Shown piece by piece: positions 1-7,989 of a stretch of 27,555 bases of DNA (the first letter of the stretch is position 1; every line of letters starts with the position of its first letter). The translations under genes and the position numbers were made by a program. The notes beneath the pieces were generated by a model. The model did no database searches. It saw only the letters and a list, made by a program, of their open reading frames with translations, and was not told where the DNA came from. Source of the DNA: a virus (taxonomy: Duplodnaviria > Caudoviricetes); IMG/VR virus record IMGVR_UViG_3300050331_000011, positions 1 through 27,555 of that record; one strand, given 5' to 3'.

Positions 1-1
1 G

Positions 2-1405
2 ATTCGCACCACGGACAGCCTGTTGCCGGGCGACGTGTACACGGCGGACGGCACTACCTTTGACGCCGAGATCGCCCACCCGGACAGCGGGCGGCCCTTC
101 AAGCCGGAGGTTGTGGCCTTCCTGGATGTGGCCACGCGCCGCTGTGTGGGCATCTCCGTAGCCCTGGCCGAAAGCGCCGCCGCCACCCTGGACGCGCTCC
201 GCATGGCCTGCCTGTTCGGCGGCATTCCCGCCATGCTCTACACCGACAACGGCCCCGGCTACACGGCGGACGTGCTGACCCGGCCAGGCACCGGCATGCT
301 TTCGCGCTTGGGCATAGAGATTACCAACTCCATACCCGGCCGCCCGCAGGGCAAGGGCCTCATGGAACGCGCGGTCAAGACGCTGTGCGTGCCCGCAGCA
401 AAGCAGCTGGCCACCTGCACCCACGCGGACATGGACGGGGACGCGGCGCACAAGGTCTACAAGATCACCCGCGCGCAATACAAAAAGCATGGATACTCGG
501 CCCTCATGCCCACGTTTGAGACCTTCAAGAAGGTGCTGCTGGCCCGCGTTGAGGAATACAACGCCAGCCCGCACAAGGGCCTGCCCATCATAGAGGACCA
601 TGAAGCTGGCAAGCGCCGCCACATGAGCCCGAACGAATACTGGAACCATTGCCTGGGCCGCGTGTTCGAGCCGGTGCCGGTGCCCGAGGACATGGTGGAC
701 GACCTGTTCATGCCCGGCACCTTCCGCAAGGTGGCGAACGGCATGGTGCGCCTGTGGAACCGCGACTACTTCGCGCCCGAGCTGGCCAAGCACCACGGCG
801 ACATTGTGGAGCTGCGCTACGACGTGTGGGACTCCACCTACGTGACGGTCTGGACCGAGGCGGGCGAGAAGATTTGCCGCGCCGAGCTTGACGCCAACGC
901 CATGGACTACTTCCCCATTTCCCGCATTGAGGATGCGCGCATGAAGCGCGAGCGCGCCCAGCTGAAGCGCCTGGAGCAAAAGGCCCAGCGCATCGCCCCC
1001 GGCGCAAGCCTCACCGCGCCTGCGGACGTTCCGGCCCTTATGGCGGACAGCTTGAGCGCCCGCCAGATCATCACCATTACCGCCCAGGCGGAACCGGAAC
1101 CCGCCGCCGCCACCAGCGCCGAGCTGGAGCGCATTCGCACCATCATGGCCGAGGCCGAGCAGGAACAGGCGCTGGCCGCCGCGCCCCGGCCAGAGCCGCA
1201 GAAGCGCCCGCTGTTCCACCTCTCCACCGAGAAATACCGCTGGCTTATGCGCCACCCGGAACAGTGGACCGACGCGGACAGGGCCTGGCTGGCCGAGTTC
1301 GCCCAGGGCAGGGAATACGCGCTGTTGCGCGAGCGTTTCGAGTACGAGGGCCTGGCCGTTACCCCGGCACAACTTTTCCCAGCGTTAGAAACCCCGAGCA
1401 TCTGA
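2..1405 (+). CDS. Mu-like DDE transposase A, 5'-truncated
   Basis: Frame is open from base 2 (IRTTDSLLPGDVYTADG); integrase-core motifs ADG..FD, LYTDNGPGY, KGLMER; EYNASPH; C-terminal beta-barrel (VELRYDVWD). Confidence 0.93.
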   Translation: MRTTDSLLPGDVYTADGTTFDAEIAHPDSGRPFKPEVVAFLDVATRRCVGISVALAESAAATLDALRMACLFGGIPAMLYTDNGPGYTADVLTRPGTGMLSRLGIEITNSIPGRPQGKGLMERAVKTLCVPAAKQLATCTHADMDGDAAHKVYKITRAQYKKHGYSALMPTFETFKKVLLARVEEYNASPHKGLPIIEDHEAGKRRHMSPNEYWNHCLGRVFEPVPVPEDMVDDLFMPGTFRKVANGMVRLWNRDYFAPELAKHHGDIVELRYDVWDSTYVTVWTEAGEKICRAELDANAMDYFPISRIEDARMKRERAQLKRLEQKAQRIAPGASLTAPADVPALMADSLSARQIITITAQAEPEPAAATSAELERIRTIMAEAEQEQALAAAPRPEPQKRPLFHLSTEKYRWLMRHPEQWTDADRAWLAEFAQGREYALLRERFEYEGLAVTPAQLFPALETPSI

Positions 1406-1424
1406 CCAAGACAGGAGGAGCGAC

Positions 1425-2171
1425 GTGAGAAGAACATTCGTTCGGACAAGCAATTACGAGCGGTTTGCCGCTGGAGTGGCCGCCGTGGAGAACCGGGGAG
1501 CGGCCGAGGCTGGCATGATGCTGGTGTACGGGCTGCCCGGCCTGGGCAAGAGCGAAATGCTGACCAGCTGGGCCGTGGATACCAGCGCGGTATTCCTCCG
1601 CGCCAACGTGGACTGGACCCCGCGCTACTTCTTGGTGGAGCTGGCCAAGGCCCTGGCCGTGGACCCGCGCGGCACCAGCGAACAGCTGTTCAACCGCATG
1701 CTGGCCGTCATCGCCACGCAGCAGATTCCCCTGGTCATCGACGAAGCCGAGGCCACGCTGAAGAACCACGCGGCCGTGCTGGAGAAGATACGCGACTTCA
1801 GCGACCGCACCGAAACCATGGTCATCCTTGTGGGCATGGAGGCCATACAGCGCAACATCGCCCGGCACCAGCAGATTTCCAGCCGCATTGCCCAGGTGGT
1901 GGAGATCACGCCCGCCACCCTGGAGGACGTGGCCCTTACCTGCCACCAGCTCTCCGAAGTGCGCATCGCCCCGGACCTGGTGGCCGAGATCCACCGCCAG
2001 AGCAGTGGCCGCATGCGCGAGGTGATGAACGCCATCGCCACCGTGGAGCGCGTGGGCAAAATGAACGGCCTGGAGCTGGTGGACGTGGCCGCCGTGGAAG
2101 GCATGAGCATTACCCACGATTGGCAGGCGCGCCGCCCCCGCGGGGTCGGCAAGGCCAAGAGGGCCGCGTAA
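1425..2171 (+). CDS. MuB-like AAA+ transposition ATPase
   Basis: Walker A GLPGLGKS, Walker B LVIDEA, ILVGM, SSRI; GGAGGAG SD before GTG; directly follows the transposase. Confidence 0.9.
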   Translation: MRRTFVRTSNYERFAAGVAAVENRGAAEAGMMLVYGLPGLGKSEMLTSWAVDTSAVFLRANVDWTPRYFLVELAKALAVDPRGTSEQLFNRMLAVIATQQIPLVIDEAEATLKNHAAVLEKIRDFSDRTETMVILVGMEAIQRNIARHQQISSRIAQVVEITPATLEDVALTCHQLSEVRIAPDLVAEIHRQSSGRMREVMNAIATVERVGKMNGLELVDVAAVEGMSITHDWQARRPRGVGKAKRAA

Positions 2172-2749
2172 TGGCCTGGCGCGGATTGGAAGTGCTGGGG
2201 CTGCTGCAAAACGGCCCCAAGTCCCGGCGGGATATCGTCGAGGCCCTTGGCGTGACCTACGACGCCGCGCGCGACGTGTGCAAGCGGCTTGCTGCGCGCG
2301 GCCTGGTGAACACGTCCGCAGGCCTTAACCAGATCACAGAGGCCGGAGCCCAGGCCCTGGCGGGCGGTGCGGAAGTCGTTTCCGGCCCTGCCAAGGGCGG
2401 CTGTGTGGAGCGCTACAAGGGCAGTACCCGCGCCAAGGCGTGGCGGGTGTTGCGCATCCGCCGCAAGGCGGACCTGGAGGACCTGCTGCCCCTTGTGCTG
2501 GATGCGGAGGCCACCAAGAAGGACGAGGCCAAGGCCCGGCGCAACCTGGAGTGCTACCTGCGGGCGTTAACGCTCGCGGGCTTCCTTCATGAGCTGCCCC
2601 GGCGCGGTGGTGCGGTTCGCTGGCTTCTGGTGAGCGATACCGGCCCCTGCGCCCCGGCCTGGAACAAGGCCCAGCGCACCGTCACGGACGCCAACACGGG
2701 CGAGGTGCACGCCTTGCCGAAGGCCAAGGAAGCGGCCAGCCATGACTAA
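2171..2749 (+). CDS. Winged-helix DNA-binding protein (putative)
   Basis: ATG at 2171 overlaps the upstream TAA (TAATG); N-terminal wHTH-like pattern (RRDIVEALGVTYDAARDVCKRLAARGLV). Confidence 0.65.
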   Translation: MAWRGLEVLGLLQNGPKSRRDIVEALGVTYDAARDVCKRLAARGLVNTSAGLNQITEAGAQALAGGAEVVSGPAKGGCVERYKGSTRAKAWRVLRIRRKADLEDLLPLVLDAEATKKDEAKARRNLECYLRALTLAGFLHELPRRGGAVRWLLVSDTGPCAPAWNKAQRTVTDANTGEVHALPKAKEAASHD

Positions 2750-3050
2750 GGACTGGCTGACGCTCTTGTCCGAGGCCGTGGGCGTCTCCAACCGCGCCGA
2801 AGTGGCTAAGGATCTGGGCGTCTCCCGCACAGCCGTCAGCCTGCTGCTGCTCGGCAAGTACCCCGGCAAAACCGACCGCATGGCCGCCCGCATTCTGGAA
2901 CGCTACTCCAGCGTGGAATGTCCGCACACTGGCAAGAGCGTGATGCCAGACCATTGCCGGAAGTTCACCGGGCAGGTGCCCAGCTCAAGCCCCGCCGCTC
3001 TGCGGCAATGGCGCGCCTGCCGGGCCTGCCAGCACAACCCCGAAGCATAA
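2742..3050 (+). CDS. HTH transcriptional regulator with Cys-rich C-terminus
   Basis: AEVAKDLGVSRTAVSLLLLGKYPG HTH pattern; CPHTG..C..CRACQH possible Zn site. Confidence 0.75.
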   Translation: MTKDWLTLLSEAVGVSNRAEVAKDLGVSRTAVSLLLLGKYPGKTDRMAARILERYSSVECPHTGKSVMPDHCRKFTGQVPSSSPAALRQWRACRACQHNPEA

Positions 3051-3072
3051 CCCCGAAACCAAGGAGAACGCC

Positions 3073-3270
3073 ATGATTCACGAGAAGATCAGCAACGTGG
3101 CCACGGTACTGCGCGACCTGCGCCAGCATGTTGGCGAAGAGGAAGGGGAAGTCATGCGCCAGGCGTGCATCGTGCTGACCGCCGCCGCCGAGGACGTGCA
3201 GAATTTGGAAACCCTGCTGCCCATCGCCGGAACCGGCGAGGCGGCACAACACGCACCCGCACAAGCGTAG
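3073..3270 (+). CDS. Small hypothetical phage protein
   Basis: AAGGAG SD, 65 aa, fits operon spacing. Confidence 0.7.
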   Translation: MIHEKISNVATVLRDLRQHVGEEEGEVMRQACIVLTAAAEDVQNLETLLPIAGTGEAAQHAPAQA

Positions 3271-3281
3271 GAGGACGCACC

Positions 3282-3881
3282 ATGCTTGAAGGATACATGG
3301 AAAACGCCCAGGGGCACCAGGTGCCGCTGGGCCAGGTCCAGGAGATTGATCGGGCAAGGCACGAGTTGGTCATGGAGAAGGTGGCCAAGGTCCAGGCCAT
3401 GCACGAGGAGCTGTCCAAGCTCAAGGCCGAACTCATGGCCGACGTGGGCGCGTTCGTCTCCCTCTCCGCCGAGCGGTATGGAGCCAAGGTGGGCGGCGAC
3501 AAGGGCAACGTGACCCTGCTGTCTTACGACGGCAAGTACAAGATCGCACGCCAGGTGGCCGAGCACATCACCTTTGACGAGCGCCTCCAGGCGGCCAAGA
3601 GCCTGATTGACGAGTGCCTGCGCGATTGGACCAAGGACAGTCGCAGCGAAATTCAGGCGCTCATCGACTAAGCCTTCCAGGTCGATAAGGAAGGCCGCAT
3701 CAGCACCACCCGCATCCTGGGTCTGCGCCGCCTGGACATCACCGACGAGCGCTGGCGCACGGCCATGCAGGCCATCGGCGACTCCATCCAGGTCACGGGC
3801 ACCAAGTCTTACGTCCGCATTTACAAGCGCCAGGACAGCGGGGCCTACACGGCCATTTCGCTGGATATGGCGGCGATTTGA
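3282..3881 (+). pseudogene. DUF3164-family Mu-like phage protein interrupted by an in-frame TAA at 3669-3671
   Basis: SD GGAGG; KGNVTLLSYDG and FDERLQAAKSLIDEC motifs; the same frame continues after the stop as AFQVDKEGRISTTRILGLRRLDI..DERW..KSYVRIY to TGA 3881. Confidence 0.85.
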
Positions 3882-3886
3882 TCTAA

Positions 3887-3947
3887 GCGAAACCGCCCTG
3901 CGGGGCGGTCGCCGGGGCGTGGTTGCCCCGGCCTGATGAGCAGCCAC
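3887..3947 (+). ncRNA. Hammerhead ribozyme, type II with pseudoknot (copy 1)
   Basis: GC-GAAA-CCGCCC/tgcg/GGGCGG-TC-GCCGGGGC/gtggtt/GCCCCGGC-CTGATGA-GC-AGCCAC; intact core; predicted cleavage after C3910 (GUC); 3' AGCCAC can pair with loop I GTGGTT. Confidence 0.92.
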
Positions 3948-3963
3948 AACACACGGAGCATCC

Positions 3964-4416
3964 ATGAAGATCGAATCCCGCCGCACCCTGTTGGCAAAGG
4001 TCCACATCGGAGCCAAGGCCCTGGGCCTGGACGATGACACCTACCGCGACATGCTGGAGGCCCTCACCGGCCAGCGCTCGGCCGGGAAGCTCTCGGACAA
4101 GCAACTGGTGCTGGTGCTGTCCGCCATGCGCAAGCGCGGCTGGAACGATGAAGACCCGCGCCCGGCGCGCAAAAAGCCCAAGCCCCGCGCCACGCCGGGC
4201 ACCGCGCCTTTGCTGGACAAGATCGGCGCGCAGCTGGCCGACTCCGGGCGACCCTGGGCCTACGCCGAGGGCATGGCCAAGCACATGTACAAGGTGGAGC
4301 GGCTGGAATGGGCCAAGCCCGAGCAGCTGCGCGGCATCGTGGCCGCATTGACCAAGGACGCCCAACGTCGGGCGAAGCGGGAGGCCAGCCAGGCCGCCCA
4401 GGAGGTGGGCCTGTGA
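3964..4416 (+). CDS. gemA: GemA / Mu gp16 (DUF1018) family protein
   Basis: LAKVHIGAKALGLDDDTYRDMLEALTGQRSAGKLS and ..VERLEW..EQLRGIVAAL family-type motifs. Confidence 0.88.
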   Translation: MKIESRRTLLAKVHIGAKALGLDDDTYRDMLEALTGQRSAGKLSDKQLVLVLSAMRKRGWNDEDPRPARKKPKPRATPGTAPLLDKIGAQLADSGRPWAYAEGMAKHMYKVERLEWAKPEQLRGIVAALTKDAQRRAKREASQAAQEVGL

Positions 4417-4871
4417 GCACCGACACCATGGAATCATTGGCAGTGGACACCCTGCCCGCCACCGCGCGGGAGCTGGCCCAGCTCATCGGCCTGCAAAAGG
4501 CCCTGCGCCTGGTGGAGACCCTGGGCGGCACCACGTTCCCCGTGCCCAAGCGCGAAACCAAGCTGGGCGAGCTGCGCTTCAACGTGCTGGCCGACGTGGT
4601 GGGCGTGGAGGCGGCGGACGCCATGGTGCGCCGCTTCAGCGGCACGGACCTGTACATCCCTCGCTGTGCGGAGGCTTTGCGCAACGCCCGCGACGCCGCC
4701 ATCTGCGCCGAATACGACCGGCTCACCACCAGCATGAGCGGAAACGAAGCCGTGCAGCGCCTGGCTCGCGCGCATCGCCTGTCCGACCGGCATATCTTCA
4801 ACATCCTAAAGCGGATGCCCGTTACCACCGTCAACGTGGGCGGGGCCGTGCAACTGTCACTGCTGGGATAG
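4413..4871 (+). CDS. mor: Mor/C-family transcription activator
   Basis: GTGA overlap with gemA, GGAGGT SD; LVETLGGTTFPVPK, FSGTDLYIPRC, RDAAI, C-terminal HTH LARAHRLSDRHIFNILK. Confidence 0.9.
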   Translation: MSTDTMESLAVDTLPATARELAQLIGLQKALRLVETLGGTTFPVPKRETKLGELRFNVLADVVGVEAADAMVRRFSGTDLYIPRCAEALRNARDAAICAEYDRLTTSMSGNEAVQRLARAHRLSDRHIFNILKRMPVTTVNVGGAVQLSLLG

Positions 4872-4880
4872 CTCCACCTT

Positions 4881-4940
4881 GCGAAACCGCCCACACGGGC
4901 GGTCGGCCAGGCGTGGTTGCCCGGCCCTGAAGAGCAGCCA
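4881..4940 (+). ncRNA. Hammerhead ribozyme, type II with pseudoknot (copy 2)
   Basis: GC-GAAA-CCGCCC/acac/GGGCGG-TC-GGCCAGGC/gtggtt/GCCCGGCC-CTGAAGA-GC-AGCCA; predicted cleavage after C4904; one A-C mismatch in stem I. Confidence 0.88.
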
Positions 4941-4950
4941 AAGGTAGGGG

Positions 4951-5145
4951 ATGATGAAACAAATCAACGAAAATGACCGGGTGTTCTCCCGCCGCCATCG
5001 TAGCGGTGAAATCCGCGTGGATGTTGCCGGGAGCAAGGTGCTTTTGGGTCGCGTGATCAAGAAGGACGGCACTCCCGGTCGGGAGGTTATCGTCTCCGTC
5101 GCGGATGTCACTACCCGCTGGCCGTTCCTTCCTGGGGTGATGTGA
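4951..5145 (+). CDS. Small hypothetical protein
   Basis: 64 aa ORF after a purine-rich SD; stop overlaps the next ORF start. Confidence 0.6.
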   Translation: MMKQINENDRVFSRRHRSGEIRVDVAGSKVLLGRVIKKDGTPGREVIVSVADVTTRWPFLPGVM

Positions 5146-5369
5146 GTATGGCCGTCCCCCGCTTTATCGTCGCCCGCGCAGCCGGAGACTCCGTTACCCT
5201 GCGCGACACCGAACGCAAGCGCCTGGCCGTCGTCTTTCTGCGTGATAACAGCTTGCCAAATGACAAGGCAGAAGCCGCCGCCGTGCGTATGGCCGAAACC
5301 TGCGCCCTGGCGTTGAACCAGGTGCATGAGGCGGCCCAGGCCAAGATGCAAAAGGAGGGGGGCAAGTAA
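5142..5369 (+). CDS. Small hypothetical protein
   Basis: GTGA translational coupling, 75 aa. Confidence 0.6.
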   Translation: MSMAVPRFIVARAAGDSVTLRDTERKRLAVVFLRDNSLPNDKAEAAAVRMAETCALALNQVHEAAQAKMQKEGGK

Positions 5370-5384
5370 CTTTGCCCCGGAACC

Positions 5385-5867
5385 ATGGCAGAAAAGCGTA
5401 AAAAATTAGGGTCTATTTTGCTCCGGTTCCGGGGCAAAACGCGCAATTTTGACGTGTTCCCCGCCGAGCAATGGCCGGACCAGCACGAGGCGGACCTCGG
5501 ACTGTACAGGCTGTGTGAATACACCTGGGTTGACGGCAAGCGCCGCGAAAAGTGGTTCAGCATCGGCGGGCAAAAATACACGTTCGTCACCGCCGAAGCC
5601 TTGGGGCAGCTTGTAGCCAAGGGGCTGACGGAACCCGGCTGGCTGGAGGCGCTGGAGCGCCCCGCCCCGAAGTTCAGGACCAAAGATTGGGTGCGCTGGT
5701 ACGGCCCACATTACACCTCGCGGCTGTTTCGGCTCGGCAGCGACCCCTTCCTTTGGCTCGACGGCCAATGGCGTGTGCTTATTTCCGACCTTCGGCTTGG
5801 GCGACAGATGGTGTGCTGCAACGAACTGGTGCCCGTAGACCGCTTGGGGCGGGAGGTGGCGCGGTGA
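5385..5867 (+). CDS. Hypothetical protein
   Basis: 160 aa, aromatic-rich globular composition, in operon orientation. Confidence 0.7.
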   Translation: MAEKRKKLGSILLRFRGKTRNFDVFPAEQWPDQHEADLGLYRLCEYTWVDGKRREKWFSIGGQKYTFVTAEALGQLVAKGLTEPGWLEALERPAPKFRTKDWVRWYGPHYTSRLFRLGSDPFLWLDGQWRVLISDLRLGRQMVCCNELVPVDRLGREVAR

Positions 5868-6052
5868 TGTGGCGCGTGCTGGTGCTTTTCGACGTGCTCA
5901 CTGTCGCCGCGTACGTCTACCGCGAGTGGGGCGAGAGCGCCGCCTGGTTGTCGCTCGCGGTCATGGCCGCTGTGCTTCTGCCCCTTGGCGAAATTGAGCG
6001 GCGGCTGGGTGAGTTGGTGGAGGCCCAGCGCAAGAGGACCGCTAGCAAGTAG
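5867..6052 (+). CDS. Small membrane protein
   Basis: TGATG coupling, GGAGGT SD; two hydrophobic segments (MWRVLVLFDVLTVAAYVY, AAWLSLAVMAAVLLPL). Confidence 0.6.
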   Translation: MWRVLVLFDVLTVAAYVYREWGESAAWLSLAVMAAVLLPLGEIERRLGELVEAQRKRTASK

Positions 6053-6104
6053 CGCCGCCGTATGCTACTCGCTTCCCCGTATCATCAATGAGTGAGGAGG
6101 AAAC

Positions 6105-6689
6105 ATGAAAGAACTGATTCAGATCGCAGTGGGTGTGGTCGGTTTTCTGTTCTTTGGCGCGGCTTTTCTGATGGCTCTTTTCAACTGGAAGAAGTGCCAA
6201 GAGAACATGCGCAAACAGGGATACAACTGGCCTCGGTCCGTTGCCTTGGCCGCTAGTTTCGCGTTTGTGGTCGGCGGCGGATACATGGCGTTGGACGGCT
6301 ACACGGCGCACCAGGCCACATCACCATCCAGCATTAGCAGCATCGAGAAGGCGCAGAAGTACGTCATTGGCACGTGGGTCTATGCCGAGCCACTTGACCC
6401 TCAAAACCAGTACGTTAACTGGTGGCAAAAGTGGGTTGTTAAAGAAGGTGGCGTCATGGATGTGTATATTGCCGAGCCCGCGAGCGACTCCTGGAAAAAA
6501 CCGGAATCCGTACGTTACAACATTATCACTGGAAAGTACCAGGATACAGGCGAACGCTATTACGCTATCCAGGTCACTGGAACGGCACAATTTGCCGTTA
6601 TTCGCCCTGACGGAACTTTGCAGTATAGTATTATGGGCAACGGGGCCGTTCCCATGCGCCGTGGCGACCACAACCCCTTCTCGAAGTAA
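6105..6689 (+). CDS. Membrane-anchored accessory (moron-like) protein
   Basis: GAGGAGG SD; two N-terminal TM segments then a beta-rich domain (IGTWVY); visibly lower GC than flanking genes. Confidence 0.8.
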   Translation: MKELIQIAVGVVGFLFFGAAFLMALFNWKKCQENMRKQGYNWPRSVALAASFAFVVGGGYMALDGYTAHQATSPSSISSIEKAQKYVIGTWVYAEPLDPQNQYVNWWQKWVVKEGGVMDVYIAEPASDSWKKPESVRYNIITGKYQDTGERYYAIQVTGTAQFAVIRPDGTLQYSIMGNGAVPMRRGDHNPFSK

Positions 6690-6697
6690 CTCCGCCC

Positions 6698-6752
6698 ACT
6701 GAACCCCTTCATCCTGTCCCGCCCCCATCTGCCGCCTAGGATAGGCGGCATG
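6698..6752 (+). promoter_or_regulatory. Putative late promoter, copy 1 (Plys-like)
   Basis: ACTGAAccccTTCAtCCTGTCC..tgccgccTAGGATaggcggcATG; repeated at 15752 and 27211; precedes the lysis cassette. Confidence 0.7.
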
Positions 6753-6798
6753 TGGGGGCGGTTTTATTTGCCCCCTGAACCAATCAGGAGGCGACCTT

Positions 6799-7311
6799 AT
6801 GAATCGCAACAAGTCCACCCTGTCCAGGCTGTGTTCGTGGTGTGCCACAAAGGCGCGCGCCGCTTGCGATATCGCCCTTCTTGCGTGCGCGTTGGCCGCG
6901 TGCGTCTTGCTGGGGCTTTGGCGGCTGTGCCACGCCGCTTTGCGGAGCGTGAAGGGCCTGCCAGCCTGGCTGCGCCGCAAATCCCCGCGCATGTCGCTGC
7001 CCACCATCCTGGCCACCGTGCTGGTGCTCGCCGTGGCCGCCATCGCCCCGCACCAGGCTCCGGTGCTCATGTACAAGCTCGGCGGCGTCGCTGCGGGCGG
7101 GTGCCTGGGCTACCTGCTCGACGTGGCGGCCTTCCCCTACGCGAAGCCGTCCGGGTATCTCCGCTTCGACTGGCGCGATGCAGAGAGCTTCGCGGATGAC
7201 GAGCCGGACTACGGCATCGTGCCGGGGTACATGTGGGCTTTTATGTTTGCCTGCCTGCGCCGGGCGGCCATCGTCTGCGCCTGCATGCTGGCCGTTGCCT
7301 TGGCGCTGTAG
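6799..7311 (+). CDS. Putative holin (2/3-TM family)
   Basis: AGGAGG SD; IAPHQAPVLMYKL..GYLLDVAAFPYAKP..RRAAIV motifs; immediately upstream of the endolysin. Confidence 0.82.
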   Translation: MNRNKSTLSRLCSWCATKARAACDIALLACALAACVLLGLWRLCHAALRSVKGLPAWLRRKSPRMSLPTILATVLVLAVAAIAPHQAPVLMYKLGGVAAGGCLGYLLDVAAFPYAKPSGYLRFDWRDAESFADDEPDYGIVPGYMWAFMFACLRRAAIVCACMLAVALAL

Positions 7312-7320
7312 GTGGCGGGC

Positions 7321-7989
7321 ATGGGTCATCGCCAGACAAACCCCGGCCTCGGCCTTGCCATCTTCGTGCTTGGCATGCTGCTGCTGATCCTCTTTGCCAT
7401 GTTTATGGAGGCCCGCACCGCCCACGCCGCCGAGCCCATCCCCGCCCGCGCCCAGCAGTACCGCTCGGTCATCATCCGCGCCGCGCGCGCGGAGGCAGGC
7501 CTGGCCGCCCCCGTGGCCGTGTTCGCCGCCCAGGTCGAGCAAGAGAGCGGCTGGAACCCGCAAGCCGTCTCGCCCGTTGGCGCGCGCGGCCTGGGGCAGT
7601 TTATGCCCGGCACGGCCAAGGACATGGGCCGCACCAGGCCGGACCTCGGCCCCGCTGTGCCCACCAACCCTGGCTGGGCCATCCGCGCCCTGGTGGCCTA
7701 CGACCTGGCCAACCTGCGCCGCGTGCGGGCGGCATCCCCTTGCGACGCCTGGGCCATGGCCCTGTCATCCTACAACGGCGGGCTGGGCTGGGTGTGGCGC
7801 GACCAGGAGCTTGCCAAGCGCAAGGGCCTGGACCCCACCCGCTGGTGGCAGAGCGTGGAGACAGTCAACGCCGGGCGCAGCCTGGCCGCCAAGCGTGAAA
7901 ACACGGACTACCCCCGCAACATCCTGCTTCGGCGTCAACCCAGGTACCTGACCTGGGGGCCGGGCATCCTGTGCGAGGTGCCGCAATGA
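7321..7989 (+). CDS. SLT-domain lytic transglycosylase endolysin with N-terminal TM/signal segment
   Basis: QVEQESGWNPQAVSPVGARGLGQFMPGT, SYNGGLG, ENTDYPRNI motifs; start could alternatively be GTG 7312. Confidence 0.92.
   Translation: MGHRQTNPGLGLAIFVLGMLLLILFAMFMEARTAHAAEPIPARAQQYRSVIIRAARAEAGLAAPVAVFAAQVEQESGWNPQAVSPVGARGLGQFMPGTAKDMGRTRPDLGPAVPTNPGWAIRALVAYDLANLRRVRAASPCDAWAMALSSYNGGLGWVWRDQELAKRKGLDPTRWWQSVETVNAGRSLAAKRENTDYPRNILLRRQPRYLTWGPGILCEVPQ

Noticed and set aside
3035-3058. AACCCCGAA short direct repeat
   Set aside because: Only two 9-mers, one inside coding sequence; no further support
3887-4940. The two ~55-nt repeats read as terminators, REP elements or CRISPR repeats
   Set aside because: No U-tract and no repeat-spacer array; the invariant bases match the hammerhead catalytic core
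6750-7199. 149-aa ORF starting at the ATG of promoter copy 1
   Set aside because: Overlaps the holin out of frame with Arg/Pro-rich shadow composition; a leaderless regulatory role cannot be excluded
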